Of a stretch of DNA of 64,000 bases, positions 19,423 through 27,884 are shown piece by piece. A program made the position numbers and the translations under genes. Positions within the stretch are counted from its first letter, which is position 1. Each line of letters begins with the position of its first letter. This DNA is from an uncultured Bacillota bacterium (GTDB taxonomy: Bacteria; Bacillota_I; Bacilli_A; RF39; UBA660): assembly GCA_946617625.1 (NCBI GenBank), contig CAMOKF010000002.1:1354-65353 (forward strand). The letters are read 5' to 3'. The notes under the pieces are model-generated. The model made no database searches. It was not told where the DNA came from and saw only the letters and a list, made by a program, of their open reading frames with translations.

Positions 19423-20181
19423 GTGCCTTCTTTTATAGTACATAGTGTAGCTGGTAGAGAAATATCTAAATATTTGAAATTAAAAGGTGACGATAAAACT
19501 AAGTTTTTTATAGCTAATTTATTACCTGATTGTAATCAAGTAGAAATAGACGATAAATGGGATGATACTGAGTTAAGAAGACAAATACAAAGAGGAAAAA
19601 GAATAACTCATTTTAGAACAGAAATCGACTCAACTATAGAAGCTCCTGATATAGATTATTTTTTAAAGAAATATAAAAATAAAATAAAGATGGATATAGT
19701 AGCTTTTGGATATTTCTTTCATCTTTATACTGATTATTATTATTTTACTCAGTTTTTGCCAAAAATGATTACCTTTCTAGATAAAGATTATAATGTTACT
19801 TCTAGTAAGAAAGATAATGTTTATATTAAAGTAAATAAAACTGGGAAAGTACTTAAACTAATGGAATTTTGGGGTAAACATAGTGATGAAGGTTTATATG
19901 GAGATTATAATAGATTAAATAAATATATAATTGATAAATATAATTTTAAATATAATTTTTATAAATATAAAAAATTCTTAGATAGTGGAGAATTTCATGT
20001 ACCTATAGAAGAAATTAATCCAACTAAGATTTATACTTTGTTAAGAGAATTAAATAATTTTTATAAGATATCTTTTAGTAGTAAAATAGAAGAATTTAAA
20101 ATATTTAAAGAAGAAGATGTAGATAAGTTTATTGAAGATGTTATTGACAGTTTTCTAACTACTTATAGTGAGTATTTATAA
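19423..20181 (+). CDS. hypothetical protein, possible metal-dependent hydrolase (PLC/S1-P1-like)
   Basis: An N-terminal His in MPSFIVHSVAG and the His/Asp-rich FFHLYTDYYYF resemble zinc phospholipase C-like proteins. This is a weak, by-eye call only. Confidence 0.3.
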   Translation: MPSFIVHSVAGREISKYLKLKGDDKTKFFIANLLPDCNQVEIDDKWDDTELRRQIQRGKRITHFRTEIDSTIEAPDIDYFLKKYKNKIKMDIVAFGYFFHLYTDYYYFTQFLPKMITFLDKDYNVTSSKKDNVYIKVNKTGKVLKLMEFWGKHSDEGLYGDYNRLNKYIIDKYNFKYNFYKYKKFLDSGEFHVPIEEINPTKIYTLLRELNNFYKISFSSKIEEFKIFKEEDVDKFIEDVIDSFLTTYSEYL

Positions 20182-20203
20182 AACAATGGTATAATTAAGT
20201 TAG

Positions 20204-20923
20204 GTGAAGAATATGATTAAGATAGTTGGTAATTATATTATAAATAATCCTCTTTTTTGGATTTTATTAGTATTAATAATTTTATTTATTATCTTTTATA
20301 GAGAATTAAAGAAAAATACTAGTATTAATAAAGCACTTAAAAGATTGGATAAAAAGAGCTATATTGTTTTAAATGATGTTATTATTAACTCATCTAGAAA
20401 AGAATATGCTTTTGATACTATTATTATTTCTAAGTATGGAATATTTATAATAAAATATGTTGATTATGATTCTAAAATTTATGGTGATGATAGAGAATTA
20501 CAATGGATTCAATTAAAGAATAATAAAAAGATATACTTTGATAATCCTGTTAGAGATTTACATAGTAATGTTAGAGTTATATCTGAATTATTAGATTTAA
20601 ATGAAAAGTATTTTATTCCGATAGTATGTTTTACTAAGGAAGCGACTTTATCTCTTGATATTAAGGATAAAGTTACACAGGTAGAATTTTTAGATGATGT
20701 AATTAGATCTTATAAAAAAGAAATAATAAAATATGGGTTAATGGAAATTAAGGATACTATTCTTACTAGTAATAAAGTTAATACAAATATTAGAGTTATA
20801 GAAAAAGAAAGTATTGATAAGTGTCCTAGATGTGGAAATAAACTTATTGTTAGAAATGGTAAATATGGTGATTTCTTAGGATGTAGTAATTATCCAGATT
20901 GTAAATATACGAGAGAGTTATAG
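20204..20923 (+). CDS. NERD domain protein with C-terminal topoisomerase-type C4 zinc finger
   Basis: TM helix; NERD-like core (VLNDVII..EYAFDTIIISKYGIFIIKY); C-terminal CPRCGNKLIVRNGKYGDFLGCSNYPDCKYT. Confidence 0.75.
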   Translation: MKNMIKIVGNYIINNPLFWILLVLIILFIIFYRELKKNTSINKALKRLDKKSYIVLNDVIINSSRKEYAFDTIIISKYGIFIIKYVDYDSKIYGDDRELQWIQLKNNKKIYFDNPVRDLHSNVRVISELLDLNEKYFIPIVCFTKEATLSLDIKDKVTQVEFLDDVIRSYKKEIIKYGLMEIKDTILTSNKVNTNIRVIEKESIDKCPRCGNKLIVRNGKYGDFLGCSNYPDCKYTREL

Positions 20924-20946
20924 GAAACATTTGTTTCCTTTTTTAT
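20922..20946 (+). terminator. intrinsic terminator
   Basis: GGAAACA/TGTTTCC stem plus T-run. Confidence 0.75.
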
Positions 20947-20979
20947 TTAAAGTGTTATAATAGGGAATAGGTGATTTTT

Positions 20980-22332
20980 ATGAGAATACTAATTGTCGGT
21001 ATTGGGAAGCTGGGAGAGTATTTAGCTAAACAGTTGGTAAAAGATGATAATGAAGTTACTATTTTAGATAAAAACTTTTCTAATAAAAGGGATATTATTA
21101 ATAATTTAGATTTAGATTACGTGGAAGGAAATGCACTTGATTCTAATACTTTATTAGAAGCTGGTGTATCATCTGTTGATTTACTTATTAGTGTTATGGA
21201 TAAAGATGAGTCTAATATTATGTGTTCATTAATTGGTAAAAAATTAGGTGCTAAACATACTATTGCAAGAATTAGAACTCCTGAATATTCTAATTCTATT
21301 AACTTATTAAAAGATGATTTAGGTCTTAGTATGGTAATTAACCCAGAGCAAATGACTGCTTCAAGTATTGTTAGAACTTTAAATATTCCTAGTGCTTTAG
21401 ATTCTCATACTTTTTTAAAAGGAAGAATAGAGGTTGTTAGTTTAAGAGTTAAAAAGGGTAGTAAATTGATACGACTAACAATAGATTCTTTATCTAAAAA
21501 GTTAAATATCAATTTAATAGTTTGTGCGATTGAAAGAGGTAAAGAAGTTATAATTCCTAAAGGGAATACTACATTACTTGAAAATGATAAGATTCATATA
21601 ACTGGTACTAGAAAAGATTTAAATACTTTGTTTAAGTACTTGAATTTATTTTCTCATAAAATTCATAATGTTATGATTGCTGGTGGATCTTCTATATCTG
21701 TTTATTTGGGTAAAATGTTAGTAGATATGGGGATGAATGTAAAAATCATTGAGATTGATAAAAAAAGATGTGATGAATTAAGTGAATTATTACCTAAAGT
21801 AGCAATTGTAAATGGTGATGTTTCTGATCAAGAAGTATTATATGAAGAAGATATAGAAAAGTGTGATGCCTTTATTGCTCTTACAAGTATAGATGAAGAA
21901 AATATTGTTTATTCAATGTTTGCACATTCACTTAATGTTCCTAAAGTAATTACAAAAGTTAATCATATTAAATTAGATGGTGTTGTTGAAAAATCTAATA
22001 TTGATGCTGCAATAGCTCCACATAGAATTGCTAGTGATCAAATTGTTCAATATGTTAGAGCAATGGAGAATTCTGGTGGAAGTAGTTGTGAAGCTATTTA
22101 TAACCATGAAAATATATTTGAAATGGTTGAATTTAATGTACTTAATGATTTTAAGAAAATAGGAGTAAGATTAAAGAATTTAGATTTAAAGAATGGCATA
22201 ATTATTAGTGCTATACAAAGAGAAAAAAATATAATATTCCCAGATGGTAATGATGAGATATTAGATGGTGATACTGTAGTAGTAGTTAATTCTAATAATA
22301 AATTAAGGGATATAAATGATATATTGAGGTAG
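20980..22332 (+). CDS. trkA: Trk potassium uptake system NAD-binding subunit
   Basis: Two RCK/Rossmann repeats (ILIVGIGKLG and VMIAGGSSISVYLG), each with a C-terminal TrkA-C-like segment. ATG 20980 behind AGGTGA. Confidence 0.9.
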   Translation: MRILIVGIGKLGEYLAKQLVKDDNEVTILDKNFSNKRDIINNLDLDYVEGNALDSNTLLEAGVSSVDLLISVMDKDESNIMCSLIGKKLGAKHTIARIRTPEYSNSINLLKDDLGLSMVINPEQMTASSIVRTLNIPSALDSHTFLKGRIEVVSLRVKKGSKLIRLTIDSLSKKLNINLIVCAIERGKEVIIPKGNTTLLENDKIHITGTRKDLNTLFKYLNLFSHKIHNVMIAGGSSISVYLGKMLVDMGMNVKIIEIDKKRCDELSELLPKVAIVNGDVSDQEVLYEEDIEKCDAFIALTSIDEENIVYSMFAHSLNVPKVITKVNHIKLDGVVEKSNIDAAIAPHRIASDQIVQYVRAMENSGGSSCEAIYNHENIFEMVEFNVLNDFKKIGVRLKNLDLKNGIIISAIQREKNIIFPDGNDEILDGDTVVVVNSNNKLRDINDILR

Positions 22333-22335
22333 AAT

Positions 22336-23754
22336 ATGAGAAGGAAAATTGCTTTTAAATTTATTGGTAAAGTTTTAGTTGGATTTTCTATATTATTTTT
22401 ATTTCCAAGTATAATTGCAATTATTTATAGAAGTAGTTTAATACCTTTTATAATACCTCAAGCAATTAGTTTAATAATTGGATTACTATTAAATAGAATA
22501 AAAGTAGAAGAAAAAAACTTTTTTGCTAAAGACGGATTTTTTATAGTATCATTGTCATGGATTTTAATTAGTATTATAGGGTGTTTACCTTTTGTTATAA
22601 ATGGTGATTGCAAGTTTATTGATGCTTTATTTGAGACTGTTTCTGGTTTTACTACTACTGGAGCAACTATTTTTAAAAATGTTGAAGCTTTAGATAAGAG
22701 TATATTGTTTTGGAGAAGTTTTTCTCATTTTATTGGTGGTATGGGTGTACTTGCTTTTGTTATGACTATTATACCTTTAGCAAGTAATGATAAGTCTATG
22801 CATTTATTAAAAGCTGAAATGCCTGGACCTAAAGTAGCTAAATTAGTTCCAAATATGAGAACTACTTTGTTATATTTATATTTAATTTATATTGGATTAA
22901 CATTTATAGAATTTATTTTACTACTAATAGGTGGAATGAATGTATTAGATAGTTTGTTAATATCCTTTGGAACAGCTGGTACTGGAGGTTTTTCAGTTCT
23001 TAATAATTCTTTAGCTAGTTATTCTGTATTTAGTAAAGTTGTTGTTGCTTTATTTATGTTTTTATTTGGAGTTAACTTTAATGTTTATTATTTGATACTA
23101 ATTAAGAACTTTAAAAGTGCTTTTAAAAGTGAAGAACTAAGAGTTTATGCTTTATTGTATTTTTTAGCTGTTATATTAGTTATTATTAATACTTTGCCTT
23201 TGATTGGTAATATAGGTGAGACTATTTTACAGGCTGTTTTTCATGTAAGTAGTTTTATGACTAGTACTGGCTATAGTATTGGTGATGTTAATATTTATCC
23301 TACTAATTGTAGAGTAGTTGTATTATTATTAATGCTTATTAGTGCTTGTGCAGGAAGTACTTGTGGAGGATTCAAAATATCAAGGTTAGTTATCTGTGTT
23401 AAATGTATAATAAGAGATTTAAGAAAAATTATTTATCCAAATAGAGTTGAAGCTATAAAATTTGAAGGTCAGATAGTTAGTGAAGAAGTTGTTAAGAGTA
23501 CTAATGTATTTTTATTTTTATATGCTATTTTAATTATTTTAATAATGTTTGTAGTTAGTTTTGATGGGTATTCTTTAGAAACTACGATGAATGCAGTATT
23601 TACTACTTTTGCTAATGTTGGTTTAAGTTTTAAAATTAATAATTTTAGTATTTTTAGTGATTTGTCTAAAATAGTTATGAGTCTTGGAATGTTATTAGGA
23701 AGATTAGAAATATTTCCTCTTATATCTTTATTTATTGATTTTAAAGGTAAATAA
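22336..23754 (+). CDS. trkH: Trk-type potassium transporter membrane subunit
   Basis: Polytopic membrane protein with repeated selectivity-filter-like motifs: SGFTTTGAT, GTAGTGGFS, MTSTGYS, CGGFKISR. Starts 3 nt after trkA. Confidence 0.9.
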   Translation: MRRKIAFKFIGKVLVGFSILFLFPSIIAIIYRSSLIPFIIPQAISLIIGLLLNRIKVEEKNFFAKDGFFIVSLSWILISIIGCLPFVINGDCKFIDALFETVSGFTTTGATIFKNVEALDKSILFWRSFSHFIGGMGVLAFVMTIIPLASNDKSMHLLKAEMPGPKVAKLVPNMRTTLLYLYLIYIGLTFIEFILLLIGGMNVLDSLLISFGTAGTGGFSVLNNSLASYSVFSKVVVALFMFLFGVNFNVYYLILIKNFKSAFKSEELRVYALLYFLAVILVIINTLPLIGNIGETILQAVFHVSSFMTSTGYSIGDVNIYPTNCRVVVLLLMLISACAGSTCGGFKISRLVICVKCIIRDLRKIIYPNRVEAIKFEGQIVSEEVVKSTNVFLFLYAILIILIMFVVSFDGYSLETTMNAVFTTFANVGLSFKINNFSIFSDLSKIVMSLGMLLGRLEIFPLISLFIDFKGK

Positions 23755-23797
23755 TTTGACTAATTCTAAAAAAATGATATAATTTTCACGGAATGGG

Positions 23798-24574
23798 GTG
23801 TATATGATGATTACAATTAAAAGTCCTAGAGAAATTGAATTAATGAGACATGCTGGTAAACTTGTTTCTTTAATGCATCAATTTATTAAACCATATATTA
23901 AAGAAGGAATAACAACTAAAGAATTAGACAAGTTATGTGAAGATTTTATTAGAAAGAATGATGCAGTTCCTACTTGTAAAGGTTTTGAAGGATATCCTGC
24001 AACTTTGTGTACTAGTGTTAATGATACTGTTGTACATGGTATTCCAGATAACTACAAATTAAAAAATGGTGATATTATTACAATAGATGTTGTTATTGGT
24101 TATAAGGGTTATCAGGGAGATGCTGCCTGGACTTATGCAGTAGGTGAAGTAGATGATAATAAGAAATATTTAATGGAGCATACTGAGAAAGCTTTATATG
24201 AAGGAGTTAAAATGGTTGCTCCTGGAAATAGAATTGGTGATATTTCTTATGCAGTACAAAAATATGCTGAAGAACATAATTTGGGTGTTGTAAGAGAATT
24301 GTGTGGACATGGTATTGGTCGTGATATGCATGAAGATCCTGAAGTTCCTAATTATGGTACTCCTGGAACAGGTCCTAAATTAAAAGAGGGAATGGCTATT
24401 TGTATTGAGCCAATGTTAACTTTTGGACATAGAAATGTTTATCTTATGGATGATGAGTGGACTGTTAAAACATTAGATGGGTCTGATGCTGCTCATTATG
24501 AACATACTATTTTAGTAACAAGTGATGGCTATGAAATATTGACACCTAGATTAGATGGGGATAATAATGAATAA
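23798..24574 (+). CDS. map: type I methionine aminopeptidase
   Basis: IKSPREIELMR, the metal-ligand context DVVIGYKGYQGDAAWT, GHGIGRDMHE and EHTILVT. The start may be 23804/23807. Confidence 0.95.
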   Translation: MYMMITIKSPREIELMRHAGKLVSLMHQFIKPYIKEGITTKELDKLCEDFIRKNDAVPTCKGFEGYPATLCTSVNDTVVHGIPDNYKLKNGDIITIDVVIGYKGYQGDAAWTYAVGEVDDNKKYLMEHTEKALYEGVKMVAPGNRIGDISYAVQKYAEEHNLGVVRELCGHGIGRDMHEDPEVPNYGTPGTGPKLKEGMAICIEPMLTFGHRNVYLMDDEWTVKTLDGSDAAHYEHTILVTSDGYEILTPRLDGDNNE

Positions 24575-24833
24575 TAAGTTGAGTAAAGAACAAAATGAAA
24601 TTATTGAAAAGATAGATAATAATCTTACATTGTTACTTAGAAATATGAAGTATGAAGATTATTTATCTTTTTTAAAAAGTAATGATTATTTAGAAACATA
24701 TGATGATGTTTTAGGATACTGTGAAATAAACTATCTTCCAGATGCGTTTTTATCTGGACTTACAGTAGAGTTCTTAAATAAAGTATTAAATATTACTAAA
24801 GATAAAATAAGTGAATTAAATATAAAAGAATAG
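24555..24833 (+). CDS. hypothetical small protein
   Basis: 92-aa ORF overlapping the map 3' end by 20 nt, followed by a terminator. No motif recognised. Confidence 0.4.
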   Translation: MGIIMNNKLSKEQNEIIEKIDNNLTLLLRNMKYEDYLSFLKSNDYLETYDDVLGYCEINYLPDAFLSGLTVEFLNKVLNITKDKISELNIKE

Positions 24834-24892
24834 TATCTATTCTTTTTATTATAGTAATATGTTATAATACATGTAATCGGTTGGAGGTTATT

Positions 24893-25375
24893 ATGAAGAA
24901 AAGATTAATTATTTTTTATTCTTATTCTAATCATACTAGAGAAATTGCCAAAAAAATAAAAGAAAAATATAATTATGATTGTATTGAAATAAAACCAGTA
25001 GAGGAATATTCTGATGATTATGATAAGGTAGTTCAAACTGAGGAAAAATTAGTTCCTTTAGATTATCAACCTGATATTCTACCTATTGAGGTAGATTTTA
25101 ATAATTATGATGAAATAATATTATGTACTCCAGTATGGTGGTATAGTGTAGCTAGTCCTGTAAATACTTTTATTCATTCTTATGATTTAAAAGGTAGAGT
25201 AGTTATTCCTGTAGCAACTAATGGTGGATATTTAGGTAGAACATTTGAAAATATTGAAAAAGTTACTGGATGTGTAATAGATAGGCCATTATCTTTGAAA
25301 TATGATGGAGATATTTTAACTAATCCATATGAATTTGAAGATTGGTTGAATAATTTAGAAGAAGTTGTAGAATAA
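24893..25375 (+). CDS. flavodoxin-like protein
   Basis: MKKRLIIFYSYSNHTREIAKKI N-terminus is typical of short flavodoxin-family proteins. ATG 24893 behind GGAGG. Confidence 0.7.
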   Translation: MKKRLIIFYSYSNHTREIAKKIKEKYNYDCIEIKPVEEYSDDYDKVVQTEEKLVPLDYQPDILPIEVDFNNYDEIILCTPVWWYSVASPVNTFIHSYDLKGRVVIPVATNGGYLGRTFENIEKVTGCVIDRPLSLKYDGDILTNPYEFEDWLNNLEEVVE

Positions 25376-25459
25376 TATGTAAAGTACTTGTAAAAATAAT
25401 AAGTACTTTTCTTTTTATTCTTTTTTTTATGTTAGTATATTAAGTCATGAGGTGATAAT

Positions 25460-26428
25460 ATGAAGCTAATTAATTATATTTTAAGTTTTTTATTTGTCTT
25501 AGTTTCATTGTTATCACTTTATCTTTATTTTCCTACATTTATGAATTATATAAATAGTAAAGATATTAAAGATAATATTATTAAGAGTATTAGTTTAGAT
25601 AATATTGTACCTGTTAGTGGTATAGGTAGTTTAGTTAATGATAGTGATAATAATTATAAAATTGGTTATACAGGTGATGAATATGACTTTGATACTTTAT
25701 ACTATCCATATTATGGATTATTAGGGGATGAGTATAAAAAATTATATAGACAGATATACGCTAATGTAGTTAACTATAATACTGATTTTAAACCTATAAT
25801 AGATATTAATAATGATGATATTTCTTTAGTTATTGAATCTGTTATATATGATCATCCTGAATTATTTTGGTTAGATAATAGTTTTTCTTATAAATATAAT
25901 AATTTATTTAAATGTATTCAAATAAATTTAAAATTTAATAACTTATATGATGATATTGAAAATAATAAAGTAATATTTGAAAGTGAAGTTGAAAAAATAG
26001 TTGATTTAACAAAAAATGCTACTAATGATTATGACAAAGAAAAGATAGTTCATGATTATTTAGTAAAACATCTTAGTTATGATGAAAAATCTATAAATAA
26101 TCAAAGTGCTTATAGTGCTATTGTTACTAAGAATTCTGTTTGTGCAGGTTATTCTAAAGCTTTTCAATATATACTTCAAAAAATAAATATTCCTTGTTAT
26201 TATGTAACTGGTTATTCTTATGGTGATCATGCTTGGAACATGGTTAAAATAGATAATAGTTATTATAATGTAGATGTTACATGGGATAATACAGGTAATA
26301 ATAGTTATTATTATTTTAATAAGTCTGATAGTGATTTTGAAAGTTCACATACTAGAAGTGATCTATCTAATTTATTACCTAAATGTTATAGCGTTAATTT
26401 ATATTATAGAGAATCATATGCATACTAA
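25460..26428 (+). CDS. transglutaminase-like (papain-fold) domain protein, membrane anchored
   Basis: N-terminal TM helix. Cys-His-Asp context: VCAGYSKAF .. GDHAWNMV .. NVDVTWD. Confidence 0.7.
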   Translation: MKLINYILSFLFVLVSLLSLYLYFPTFMNYINSKDIKDNIIKSISLDNIVPVSGIGSLVNDSDNNYKIGYTGDEYDFDTLYYPYYGLLGDEYKKLYRQIYANVVNYNTDFKPIIDINNDDISLVIESVIYDHPELFWLDNSFSYKYNNLFKCIQINLKFNNLYDDIENNKVIFESEVEKIVDLTKNATNDYDKEKIVHDYLVKHLSYDEKSINNQSAYSAIVTKNSVCAGYSKAFQYILQKINIPCYYVTGYSYGDHAWNMVKIDNSYYNVDVTWDNTGNNSYYYFNKSDSDFESSHTRSDLSNLLPKCYSVNLYYRESYAY

Positions 26429-26459
26429 AAAAGATATTTCATTTGAAATATCTTTTTTT
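26427..26459. terminator. bidirectional terminator
   Basis: AAGATATTTC/GAAATATCTT 10-bp stem flanked by an A-run and a T-run. Confidence 0.8.
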
Positions 26460-27054
26460 ATTTAAATAAATTTATTATTGTATTTATAACTATTTCTGTC
26501 ATTTCTTCATAATTCATATTTTTGTGTTTATGATATATTATTTCGTGACATAAGTTATCTATCATACCTAACATTATATGTACTTTTTCAGTTAAATTAT
26601 TGTCTTTAAAATTATTTGCAATTAGTATATTTTTAATTTGTTCTGTTGTTTCTAGCTCTCTTTTATAATAGTATTTAGCAACCTCTTCATCTGAATGAAC
26701 CATTGATATTATTTCTTCATGAGCTATTTTAGAAACTTTATGATTTTTTACATATGTATTAATCATATTTTTCATTAGCGGTTTTATATTTTTTATATCT
26801 ATCATTTGGTTATTATAGTTTAGTAGTGGAAAAAATATTTCTTCTCCGTAAGTATTTAATCCTTCTATAAATATATCATGTTTATCTTCAAAATATTGAT
26901 ATACAATTCCAGTTGATACTCCAGCTTCTTTGGCAATTTCTGCTGTATTAGTATTGTAGTAACCATTTTTACATATTAAATTAAAACCTGCTTTTATTAT
27001 TTTTTCTTTTTTTTCTATAGCTCTTTTTTGCTTAGGTTCTCTAATATTATTCAT
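26458..27054 (-). CDS. TetR/AcrR family transcriptional regulator
   Basis: N-terminal HTH (GYYNTNTAEIAKEAGVSTGIVYQYFEDK). Divergent from the ABC exporter, with palindromic operators in the shared intergenic region. Confidence 0.85.
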   Translation of the reverse strand: MNNIREPKQKRAIEKKEKIIKAGFNLICKNGYYNTNTAEIAKEAGVSTGIVYQYFEDKHDIFIEGLNTYGEEIFFPLLNYNNQMIDIKNIKPLMKNMINTYVKNHKVSKIAHEEIISMVHSDEEVAKYYYKRELETTEQIKNILIANNFKDNNLTEKVHIMLGMIDNLCHEIIYHKHKNMNYEEMTEIVINTIINLFK

Positions 27055-27090
27055 AATATCACTTCCAAAGAATATTATAACATATTATTA

Positions 27091-27108
27091 TATGAATTAA
27101 ATTTCATA
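27091..27108. promoter_or_regulatory. palindromic operator 1 (putative TetR site)
   Basis: TATGAATTAAATTTCATA: inverted repeat TATGAA-N6-TTCATA, just upstream of the -35 box. Confidence 0.6.
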
Positions 27109-27112
27109 TTTA

Positions 27113-27141
27113 TTGACTATTATTTTTTACTGTATTATAAT
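27113..27141 (+). promoter_or_regulatory. sigma-A type promoter of the ABC exporter operon
   Basis: TTGACT (27113-27118), 17-nt spacer, TATAAT (27136-27141). Confidence 0.7.
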
Positions 27142-27144
27142 TTA

Positions 27145-27162
27145 TATGAAATAAGTTTCATA
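27145..27162. promoter_or_regulatory. palindromic operator 2 (putative TetR site)
   Basis: TATGAAATAAGTTTCATA: the same TATGAA-N6-TTCATA palindrome, immediately downstream of the -10 box. Confidence 0.6.
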
Positions 27163-27178
27163 TTTAGAAAGGGATATT

Positions 27179-27883
27179 ATGAAAGATAAATTTATTGAAT
27201 TAAAAAATGTTAAAAAAAGTTATATAGTTGGAGAAAAAAAATTTAATGCTTTAGATGGTGTTAATCTAAGTATTAATCAAGGTGAATTTGTAGTAATCTT
27301 AGGACCATCTGGAGCTGGTAAGTCTACTTTATTAAATTTATTAGGTGGTATGGATAAGGTTACTTCTGGTTCTATTAAGATTGGTGATAATGAAATTAGT
27401 AAATATAGTGATAAAGAACTAACTAGATATAGAGCTAATGAAGTTGGATTTATATTTCAGTTTTATAATATTATGCCAACTCTTACAGTAGAGGAGAATA
27501 TTAATTTAATTAAAGATGTTACTAATACTTCTAAGGATTCTAAAGAGGTTTTAAAGAGCGTTGGATTACTTAGCCATGCTGATAAATTTCCATCAGAATT
27601 ATCAGGTGGGGAACAACAAAGAGTTAGTATTGCTAGGGCTATAATGAAAAATCCTAAAGTTTTATTATGTGATGAACCTACTGGAGCACTTGATTCTAAA
27701 ACTGGTGTTGATGTTTTGAAATTACTTAGAGAACAAGCTGATAATGATACTACTGTCATTATCGTTACTCATAATTCTTTAATTGCTGAAATAGCTGATA
27801 GAATTATTAGAATTAAGAATGGTAAAGTAGAATCTAATGAATTGAATAAACATCCAAAAAATATAGATGAGGTTAAATGGTAA
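27179..27883 (+). CDS. ABC transporter ATP-binding protein (MacB/FtsE-type)
   Basis: Walker A GPSGAGKST, signature LSGGEQQR, Walker B LLCDEPTGALD. Confidence 0.9.
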   Translation: MKDKFIELKNVKKSYIVGEKKFNALDGVNLSINQGEFVVILGPSGAGKSTLLNLLGGMDKVTSGSIKIGDNEISKYSDKELTRYRANEVGFIFQFYNIMPTLTVEENINLIKDVTNTSKDSKEVLKSVGLLSHADKFPSELSGGEQQRVSIARAIMKNPKVLLCDEPTGALDSKTGVDVLKLLREQADNDTTVIIVTHNSLIAEIADRIIRIKNGKVESNELNKHPKNIDEVKW

Positions 27884-27884
27884 T

